Positions 24,281 to 34,018 of a stretch of DNA of 64,000 nucleotides are shown here, piece by piece. Position numbers and translations under genes: made by a program. Under the pieces are notes generated by a model that worked only from the letters and a program-made list of their open reading frames with translations, ran no database searches and was not told the origin of the DNA. Origin of the DNA: Eledone cirrhosa. Its lineage: Eukaryota. Each line of letters opens with the position of its first letter. Position 1 is the stretch's first letter. The DNA lies in the NCBI GenBank assembly GCA_964016885.1, contig OZ024763.1, positions 1 through 64,000 on the forward strand, read 5' to 3'.

Positions 24281-27200
24281 ACTATAAAAGACAGATTCTA
24301 TGAGACACTGATGCTAACTACCTCCCAAATATCCGACAGTGACTATATAATTATCGCAGGCGACCTAAATGGTCACGTTGGACAACATTGTGACGGCTAC
24401 GACGAAATCCATGGAGGCTATGGGTTTGGTACTAGAAATGAGGAAGGCTCCAGAATCCTGGAATTCTGTGATGCAAATAACCTAACTATCTGTAACACTA
24501 ACTTCAAAAAACGTGACAATCACCTGATCACCTATAGATCCGGGGAACACACAAGCCAGGTAGATTATATCCTTACCAGAAGACGTGACAGAGTGTCTGT
24601 TGTAAACACTAAATCCCTCCCCCATGAAGAATGCACCTCCCAACATAGACTGATAATTAGCGACCTCATAGTCAGGACGAGACGTACTCGACAACAGAAG
24701 AGGACTATCCTCAGGAGGAAAATATGGAAGCTAAAGGACCCCACAGCCAGAAATAAATTTCAAAGCATATTACTTGATGCTTTCGACAGTAAGGAAGAAC
24801 ATTTAGAGTCGGACAATATAGAGGGAGAGTGGGAATTTCTGAAAGCAAACCTGCTGTTGGCGACAGACGAAGTCTGTGGCTGGAGCAGGCCTGTAGGCAG
24901 GAGGAGAGTAACATGGTGGTGGAACAGTAAGGTGGAGGGGTCAATTAAGGCCAAAAAGCAGGCTTGGAAAGTATGGCGGGATGGGGGAAGTAGAGAGGAC
25001 TATCAAGTGGCCAGGAGGGAAGCTAGGAGACAAGTGTACTTAGCAAGAAGGGAAGCTGAGGAAAGAAAGTTCAAGCATGTTCTACAACGCGATGACCAAA
25101 AACGTGAGGTGTTCAGGATTGCTAGGCAATGCGTCAAGGAAAACCGTGATATTGTCGGGGAGAAGTGTGTACTAAACGACGATGGCACACTTGCCATCAC
25201 CGACGCTGATAAGAAGGTAGCTTGGAAGTGTCACTATGAAAGGCTACTAAATGAGGAGAATAATTGGGAGAAAGGCAGTCTCCCCCATATCGACCCAATA
25301 GAGGGACCAGCAGTGTTAGTCGAGGGGAGTATAATAAGTAAGGCAATCAAGGATATGAAGACGGGTAAGGCGGCTGGGCCTTCGGAAATAGTTGCTGAGA
25401 TGCTGAAGGCATCTGGCACGGTGGGACACACCATGGTCACCCGCATAGTTAACCAAGTCGTACAGAATGGGGTTGTTCCGAAGGACTGGCATAGCAGCAT
25501 CATCGTTAACTGTTATAAGGGTAAAGGAGATGCCCTAGATAGGAGTAACTATAGAGGCATTAAATTAATCGACCAGGTCATGAAGGTCACGGAAAAAGTA
25601 ATAGCGCAACTAATCAGAGAGAGAATTGACCTAGATGAAATGCAGTTCGGGTTTGTGTCAGGCAAAAGTACCACAGACGCTCTTTTCATAGTACGACAAC
25701 TACAGGAGAAGTACCTAGCTAAAGGTAAACCCCTCTACTTAGCTTTTGTCGACTTGGAGAAAGCCTTCGACAGAGTCCCCCGCTCCATTATCTGGTGGGC
25801 TCTTAGAAAACTAGGCGTTGACGAATGGCTTGTGAGGGCTATACAAGCCATGTATAAAGAAACAGTCAGCAAGGTTAGAATTAACAACGAATATAGTGAA
25901 GAGTTTAGCGTAAAAGTTGGCGTCCATCAGGGCTCTGTTCTCAGCCCACTACTATTTATTATTGCCCTTCAGGCTATAACAGAGGAGTTCAAGACAGGCT
26001 GCCCATGGGAACTCCTATACGCAGACGACCTGACACTCATAGCGGAATCAATGGCCGAGCTAGAGAAGAAATTCCAAACATGGAAGCACGGCCTAGAGTC
26101 AAAAGGACTTAAAATTAACCTGGCTAAGACCAAAGTACTAGTTTGTAGGAAAGAAAACAAGGCGGCGGTCCCTTCTGGGAAATGGTCGTGCTCGGTGTGT
26201 AGGAAAGGCGTAGGTAGAAACTCCATTTTATGTCCTAAATGCAAAGTATGGGTGCATAAAAGATGTAGTGGGATCACAGGTAAGCTAACTAAGAACATAG
26301 ATTTTACATGTGGCCGGTGCTCTGGTGCAATAAGTAGCAGCAAGTGCCCACAAACTACTAGCTCTTTCAATTGCGCAGAGGGTTCTATAGAAATAGTGGA
26401 CAGCTTCCGTTACCTGGGCGATAAAATCAGCAGTGGGGGAGGGTGCTCTGAAAGTACTGTAGCTAGAGTCAGAACTGGTTGGAAAAAGTTCAGAGAGCTT
26501 ATACCACTATTAGCTGCTAAAGGGTTCTCACTAAAAATGAAAGGCAGGTTGTACGATGCCTGCATACGAACAGCAATGCTGCATGGCAGTGAGACCTGGG
26601 CATTGTGTGCAGAGGATATACGCAGACTAGAGAGGAACGAAGCTTGCATGCTCCGCTGGATGTGTAACAGTAATATATGTGAACGGCAAAGCATAAACGA
26701 ACTAAGGAAAAAATTAGAGATAAGAGGGATCAGATGTTGTTTACTCGAGAGAAGGCTACGTTGGTATGGACACGTGATGCGCATGAAAGTCGATAGCTGT
26801 ATAACAAAGTGCAGGGCAATAAAGATAGACGGTAGTCACGGAATAGGCAGACCTAGAAAAACCTGGGACGAGCTGATAAACTCCGACATCACACACTTAC
26901 ACCTCTCCAAGACAATGTCACTGGACCGAGACCTTTGGCGGTACTCAGTAACAGAGAAGACCCGCCTTACCTAAATATATAGTAAAACCTACTCCAGCCA
27001 GTAGGCATCTCTAACAAAATACACCCCGTCCCACCACCACCACCCCCACCCGATCCACACCACCCCGTTCTATGTAAAGTTATGTTGGTGCCGCGCCATT
27101 GAGGCCGAAACAAATGAGATCGTGTAGGTGTCACGACAAAAAAACACACAGTCCACGCTGTAATGTGGCCGTGTAGGCAACACGGTAAAAACCTCCCAGA

Positions 27201-27376
27201 CCCACACTGTAAATGTGGTTGGTGTTAGGAAGGGCATCCAACTGTAGAAAACCTGCCAGACAGTCCTATGCGAGCAAGACAATCACTCTTGCCTCAAGTG
27301 GGACTACCCCCGTCCAAACCCATGCAAGCGTGGAACACGGACGTTAAACGATGATGATGATGATGATGATGATGAT
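24281..27376 (+). mobile_element. RTE-clade LINE family B, 5'-truncated within the APE endonuclease
   Basis: Begins at TIKDRFYETL (mid-endonuclease), continuous ORF, ~380-nt 3' UTR, (GAT)n tail; inserted in a minisatellite. Confidence 0.97.
24311..26974 (+). CDS. RTE LINE polyprotein: partial APE endonuclease + reverse transcriptase + PHD finger (N-terminally truncated)
   Basis: EN motifs GDLNGHVG, SQVDYIL, SQHRL; RT motifs NYRGIKL, QFGF, FVDLEKAFD, GVHQGSVLSPLLF, YADD, GLKINLAKTK, FRYLG; C-terminal RLRWYGHV, GRPRKTW; no stops over 887 aa. Confidence 0.95.
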   Translation: MLTTSQISDSDYIIIAGDLNGHVGQHCDGYDEIHGGYGFGTRNEEGSRILEFCDANNLTICNTNFKKRDNHLITYRSGEHTSQVDYILTRRRDRVSVVNTKSLPHEECTSQHRLIISDLIVRTRRTRQQKRTILRRKIWKLKDPTARNKFQSILLDAFDSKEEHLESDNIEGEWEFLKANLLLATDEVCGWSRPVGRRRVTWWWNSKVEGSIKAKKQAWKVWRDGGSREDYQVARREARRQVYLARREAEERKFKHVLQRDDQKREVFRIARQCVKENRDIVGEKCVLNDDGTLAITDADKKVAWKCHYERLLNEENNWEKGSLPHIDPIEGPAVLVEGSIISKAIKDMKTGKAAGPSEIVAEMLKASGTVGHTMVTRIVNQVVQNGVVPKDWHSSIIVNCYKGKGDALDRSNYRGIKLIDQVMKVTEKVIAQLIRERIDLDEMQFGFVSGKSTTDALFIVRQLQEKYLAKGKPLYLAFVDLEKAFDRVPRSIIWWALRKLGVDEWLVRAIQAMYKETVSKVRINNEYSEEFSVKVGVHQGSVLSPLLFIIALQAITEEFKTGCPWELLYADDLTLIAESMAELEKKFQTWKHGLESKGLKINLAKTKVLVCRKENKAAVPSGKWSCSVCRKGVGRNSILCPKCKVWVHKRCSGITGKLTKNIDFTCGRCSGAISSSKCPQTTSSFNCAEGSIEIVDSFRYLGDKISSGGGCSESTVARVRTGWKKFRELIPLLAAKGFSLKMKGRLYDACIRTAMLHGSETWALCAEDIRRLERNEACMLRWMCNSNICERQSINELRKKLEIRGIRCCLLERRLRWYGHVMRMKVDSCITKCRAIKIDGSHGIGRPRKTWDELINSDITHLHLSKTMSLDRDLWRYSVTEKTRLT

Positions 27377-27736
27377 AGATTGAGCTAAACACATTGCTAT
27401 ATATATAGTTAAACACACTGGTATATATGTATATATATATAAATATATAGATTGAGCTAAACACATTGCTATATATATATAGTTAAACACACTGCTATAT
27501 ATGTATATATATATATATAAATATATAGATTGGGCTAAACACATTGCTATATATATATAGTTAAACACACTGGTATCTAAACTATGATATATATAAATAT
27601 ATATATTTAGTTAAACACACAGACACACCTCCATACCATAGCCATATCTACTTCCCCTGTATATGTGTAGCAGTGTCTGCCTGTGTGTCTGGTCTTTCTA
27701 GCTAACTGGCTACCTGTGTGTGAGTGTGTCTGTGTA

Positions 27737-27803
<67 letters not shown>

Positions 27804-28031
27804 CTGTATGTATGTGTCTATGTATGTATGTGTGTGTGTGCCTGTGTGTCTGGTCTTTCTCGCTAACTGGCTACCTGTGTGTGAGTGAGTCTGTGTATGT
27901 GTGTGTGTATGTGTGTGTCTATATATATATATATAGATATATATGTGTGTGTGTGTCTATGTATGTGTATGTATGTATGTGTGTGTGTGTCTGGTCTTAC
28001 TAGATAACTACCTTAGCTCAGCTAACTGGCT

Positions 28032-28072
<41 letters not shown>

Positions 28073-28082
28073 TGTGTGTGCC

Positions 28083-28113
<31 letters not shown>

Positions 28114-28440
28114 ATGTCTGTATGTATATGTATGTATGTATATATATATGTGTGTGTGTGTGTGTGACTATGTATGTCTATCTATCTATATATATATATA
28201 TGTGTGTGTGTCTGAATATATATATATATATATAACTGTATATATATATATATATATATAACTGTATATATATATATATATATAACTGTATATATATATA
28301 TATATATATAACTGTATATATATATAAAGTTATATATATATGTGTGTGTGTGTTTATACGTCTGTCTTTCTGTGCAGCAAAGAACATACCTACTCCTCTC
28401 TCTATCTGTCAATATTTCTCTCTCATTCTCTCCTTCCATC

Positions 28441-28477
<37 letters not shown>

Positions 28478-28769
28478 TCTCTCTCTCTCCATCATCTCTC
28501 TCTCTCATCTCTCTCTCTCTCTAATATATATATATATGTCATCACTGTCTTTGCTAGCAAGGACACACAAACACTCACACACCTTCACTCACATAAACAA
28601 ATACACCCCCGCACACCCACACACACCCACACACCTATACCTTCGCACCATTCCATGTTCCCTGTTCAACAATGCAATAAAGAAATCTCATCTCAGTTTT
28701 TATGCAAAATTCCAAAATATATGGAAAGGAAAAAATGAAACTTGAGAGTTTCAATTGCAGAATACTGAG

Positions 28770-29365
28770 ATATTAAATAAAACAGATATATTAAATAAAA
28801 CAAACATATTAAATAAAACAGATACATTAAATAAAACGGTTATATTAAATAAAAGATATATTAAATAAAACAGATATATTAAATAAAACATATATATTAA
28901 ATAAAACAGACATATAAAATAAAACGGTTATATTAAATAAAACAAATATATTAAATAAAACAGATATGTTAAATAAAACATGCATTAAAAAAACCCAGAT
29001 ATATTAAATAGAGCCGGTATATTAGATAAAACAGGTATATTAGATAAAATAGATATATTAAACAAAACAGATGTATTAGAAGAAGCAGATATATTAGAAA
29101 AAAACCCAGAAATATTAAACAAAAACAGTTATATTAAATAAAACGGATATATTGAACAAAAACAGATATATTGAACAAAAACAGATATATTGAACAAAAA
29201 CAGATATATTGAACAAAAACAGATATGCTAAATAAAACGGATATGAGATAAAATCAGATATATTAAACTAAAACAGATATATTAAATAAAAACAGGAACA
29301 CCAAATAAAACAGATATATTAAATAAAAACATATATTAGACAAAAACAGATATATTAGATAAAAC
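28770..29365. repeat. ~18-19 bp AT-rich minisatellite (AAATAAAACAGATATATT)
   Basis: About 30 diverged tandem units. Confidence 0.85.
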
Positions 29366-29657
29366 AAATGAAGTATGACAATGGGGAGATAGGGTGGCAA
29401 TATATGACACTTCGAAGCTAGGGTGCCGCACTTATGGCACAGCGGAGCTAGGGTGACGCACTATGGAACTGGGGAGTTTCAGTGATACAGCACAGCATGG
29501 CAATTTAGAGCATGTTGAACAAACAGATGACAATTTGTCATTGGCACAGCACAGCTTTAATCAGGCCGTTTGGTTACAAACGAATCAAATATTATTGTTG
29601 ATATTTGATATAACCCATACGTACATATGAATATGTGTGTGTCGATATGTGTGTGTG

Positions 29658-29688
<31 letters not shown>

Positions 29689-29906
29689 ATCCTTACATTT
29701 ATGTATCAGCTGTACTAGGGCAAGAAAAAAATTCTAATTTTATTTTTTATATATATATATATATATATATAAAATATGTAGTTTAGAAAGCCACAACAAT
29801 GCAGATGGGAAATCTCGAGGTAAGAAGTGAGTGAGAAATAGGAGAAAAGTGAAAATGAAAATGAAAACAAAACAAAGGTAGAAGGGTTACCGTAGAGGAG
29901 ATTTAA

Positions 29907-29942
29907 TCCCAATATTTCGGGCTCACGCCCATCAACGGGGGA
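29907..29942 (-). ncRNA. variant or degenerate hammerhead motif
   Basis: TCCC-CCGTTGA-T-GGGC gtga GCCC-GAAA-TA-TT-GGGA; stems I and II perfect, core differs from CUGAUGA at two positions. Confidence 0.45.
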
Positions 29943-30467
29943 AAGTTCCAAAAGGGGGGGAACAGGCTAAGCCGGAGAAAGTTGTATTGTCGTTAAAACA
30001 TAGGAATGCCGTTATGGGGAAAATTCAAACGAGGGAAAGAATGCGTGTGCGCGTGATAGGCTGTGGCAAAAGCTACTGACCAATTGGGTTAAATCAATAG
30101 GGTGCGCTAGCGTGTGAAAGCCGTAAAATATGTGTGTGTAAATATATATGTGTGTGTAACTGTGTGTGTATATGTGTATACACACACAGTGTGTATACAC
30201 ATATACACACTGTGTGTGTATATATATATATATACATAGGAATATGTATATATATATATACATAGGAAAAGATCGGATCTAGCTGTCGAAACAGCCGGAG
30301 CTCAGCCATCGGGGTCCTGACTTATTTCCTATTATCTACTCTACTATCCTAAGTATTGAGTACTCTGGTGCGTTATAGTCCACCTGGTTCCTTACCACAA
30401 TTTCTTTGTTATATATAATAATAATAAATGTGAAGACTAAAATCCGAAGAAGGATCAATAAAATTAA

Positions 30468-31151
30468 TCATCATCATCATCATCATTTCATTTTACGTCC
30501 GCTTTTCCCTGCTTGCAAGGGTGGGACGGGAACTGATTCTGGCTTGATTTCTACAGCTGGATGCCCTTCCTAACACCAACCTCATTTACAGTGAGTGCTG
30601 GGTGCTTTTTTGCCGTGGCACCTCCACGACCACTTTGCAGTGGAATGATATGGACCCCAGTCCCTATCATCTCATTTCTACAGCTGAGTAAACTGGAGCA
30701 ATGTGAAATAAAGTCTCTTGCTCAAGGAAACAACATATCACCCGGTCTGAGAATTGAACTAACAACCTTTCGATTGCAAGGCCAATTGCTCTAACCACAC
30801 ACATATATATATATACACACACACATATCGACACACATATACATATGTACGTATGGGTTATATCAAATATCAACAATAATATTTGATTCGTTTGTAACCA
30901 AACGGCCTGATTAAAGCTGTGCTGTGCCAATGACAAATTGTCATCTGTTTGTTCAACACGCTCTAAATTGCCATGCTGTGCTGTGTCACTGAAACTCCCC
31001 AGTTCCATAGTGCGTCACCCTAGCTCCGCTGTGCCATAAGTGCGACACCCTAGCTTCGAAGTGTCATACATTGCCACCCTATCTCCCCATTGTCATACTT
31101 CATTTGTTCGATTGCAAGGCCAATGCTCTAACCACTAAGCCATATGCCTCC
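30468..31151 (-). mobile_element. CORE-type SINE with family A tail, head interrupted by a ~310-bp insertion
   Basis: Near-identical to 1141-1489; 30796-31108 is the reverse complement of 29361-29677. Confidence 0.9.
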
Positions 31152-31249
31152 ATATATATATATATATGTAGAGGTTATATATATGTAGAATGGTTGCATT
31201 TTTTAAGGGTATGTCAATATTTATTTATAAAACTAACCTATATTATATT

Positions 31250-31305
31250 TTATCTGATGAAAGCGCACCATAGTTTGCTTTGGTGGCCCTTGAAATATGT
31301 ATAAT
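31250..31305 (+). ncRNA. hammerhead-like motif (family also at 38015-38065 minus; partial at 23390-23420 minus)
   Basis: CTGATGA-AAG..CACCA..TGGTG..CTT-GAAA-TATG-TA; stem I register is non-canonical; shared downstream flank AATAAATATGGTTTTATAAATATAGTTTCCATTT. Confidence 0.4.
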
Positions 31306-31349
31306 GAAATAAATATGGTTTTATAAATATAGTTTCCATTTGTTAATAT

Positions 31350-31410
<61 letters not shown>

Positions 31411-31517
31411 CAAGAGATGGCGAAATGAACAGACCTACTTTTTCTCCAATAAATTTATTTTGGTCTCTACCTCTGCTCACTCTCCTTTATCGTTCTATTA
31501 CTTCTTAAATATCTCCT

Positions 31518-31556
31518 ATTTTCTGATGAAGGACTAGCGTCCGAAATGTTAAGTTA
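31518..31556 (+). ncRNA. minimal hammerhead motif (same family as 57008-57043)
   Basis: TTTT-CTGATGA-A-GGAC tagc GTCC-GAAA-TG-TT-AAG. Confidence 0.65.
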
Positions 31557-31665
31557 AGACTCTTTTCCTACTATATCAAGCATAAAACTAATAATATATT
31601 TCTTCATTGTACTGTGTTGTTTGCTTTGTTATTTCTGTTTACTTTGCCCCCCCCCCCCCCCCATC

Positions 31666-31712
<47 letters not shown>

Positions 31713-31973
31713 TGGTGAATTAGTTTATCAACCTATTTCAACATCATGGATTGAGTTCTATTTCAATACTGGTCCACTTGACCTCTGAATCACATTTACT
31801 AAAAGGGGAGTATGTATATATATCATCATCATCATCATCATCATCATCGTTTAACGTCTATCTTCCACGCTAGCATGGGTTTAGACGGGAATTGTCCCAC
31901 TTGAGGCAAGATTGGTTGTCTTGCTTGACACACACACATATATATGTATAGTAGATATGTGTTTAACTATAGT

Positions 31974-32025
<52 letters not shown>

Positions 32026-32078
32026 ATCTGTACACACACACACACACACAAACACACACATATATATATTTGTATATT

Positions 32079-32141
<63 letters not shown>

Positions 32142-32209
32142 TTGTATATTTATACACACACACACACACATATATGTATAGTAGATATGTGTTTAACTAT
32201 AGTTATATA

Positions 32210-32241
<32 letters not shown>

Positions 32242-32311
32242 ATCTGTACACATACACACACACACACACACATACACACACACACATACATATATATATT
32301 TGTATATTTAT

Positions 32312-32345
<34 letters not shown>

Positions 32346-32399
32346 TTGTATATTTATACACACACACACACACATATATATATATATTTGTATATTTAT

Positions 32400-32437
<38 letters not shown>

Positions 32438-32563
32438 TTGTATATTTATACACACACACACACATATATATATTTGTATATTTATACACACACACACACA
32501 TATATATATATTTGTATATTTATACACACACACACACACATATATATATATTTGTATATCTAT

Positions 32564-32598
<35 letters not shown>

Positions 32599-33649
32599 CA
32601 CACGCGTAAGCCAGCCAATGTACATATTGATCCATTGATTGAAAACGTCTAGTCTATATTGATTCATTGATTAAGTGACAGCGAGTGAAGTTAATCTCTC
32701 AATAAACAGTGATACAGTGAAAGCCATATAATTAGTCTTATATCTCTCCAATACAACAGAAAGAAGACGAACAAATGTTGGGATAGTAAAACTATTATTG
32801 TTATAAGGACTCGATAATTATATGGGATAAAGTTTACATATAGCAACACAATTAAGAGATATTTTCATATATGGAAAACATATTTAATGTGTACTTATCT
32901 CAACAAATTTATTGATTTTTGTTGGTTGGTTGGCTTATTTTTGGGTGTGTGGGCGTTTGTGTGCTTGTGGGTTTGTGTGTTTTTGTCTGTGTGTTTGTGC
33001 ATGTGTGGGTCTTTGTGTATGTGGGCCTCTGTGTTTGTGTGTGTGCTGGTCACTGTGTTTGTGTGTGTTTGTGGGCCTCTGTGTTTGTGTGTGTCTCTGT
33101 GTGTGTGTGGGCCTCTGTGTTTGCGTTTGTGTGTGTGGGCCTATGTGTTTGTGTGTGGAGGCCTCTGTGTTTGTGTGTGTAGGCCTATGTGTTTGTGTGT
33201 GTGTGGGCCTCTGTGTTTGTGTGTTTCTCTTTGTGTGTGTGGGCCTTTGTGTTTGAGTGTGTGTGGGTCTCTGTTTGTGTGTGTGTGTGGGTCTCTGTGT
33301 TTGTATGGATTTTTGTGTGTGTGTGTGTGGGTCACTGTGTTTGTGTGTGTGTGTCCCTGTGTTTGTGTGTGTGTGTTTGGGTCTCTGTGTTTGTGTGTGG
33401 GCCTCTATGTTTGTGTGTGTGCCCTGTAAGTAACACACCCTCAATGATTACTGCACATTAATGTGGGGGTGGGGAAACAATCTTCCCCCTCCCCCTCTCT
33501 AGTCTCAGACAACATGCAATTAAAACTCTCAAAGAGGCTATAAAATGCTCTGCCTCACCATCACCATCATCACCATCATAGGCCATCATCATCACCATCA
33601 TTATCATCGTTATCATCATCACCATCATTGCTTTTACATTTTGCATACT

Positions 33650-33875
33650 GGCTAGGAAGGTATTTTTTGTTGTTTTCTTGAGCAAAACACTTCATTTCAT
33701 GTTGCTCCAGCTGAAAATGAGTTCCATCAATAGTAGCTGGGGAATTAACTCTGCAATGGACTGGTGTCCTTTCCAGTGAGGAGAGTCTTGTACTCTCAGT
33801 TGCTTCATGTCACTGAAACCGGGATAAGAACTGTCTTGATGAGCTTTTGGGTTGGAGACAGACGTTAGACTTTAG
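33650..33875 (+). mobile_element. old CORE-type SINE remnant with a V-domain-like segment
   Basis: TTCTTGAGCAAAACACTT core, then CTGCAATGGACTGGTGTCCTTTCCAG and GCTTCATGTCACTGAAACCGGGATAAG. Confidence 0.5.
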
Positions 33876-34018
33876 ATATAAAACGTAGCCCCTTCCTAAG
33901 TTGGTCATACAGACTCAGGCCAGATGTAAGTTGTACCCCTTTAAAGGGGGTATGGGGTTGATATGGTTGACTAAATCCCTGGAAGGCCATGCAGAGTTGA
34001 TATAGTTGACTAAATCCC

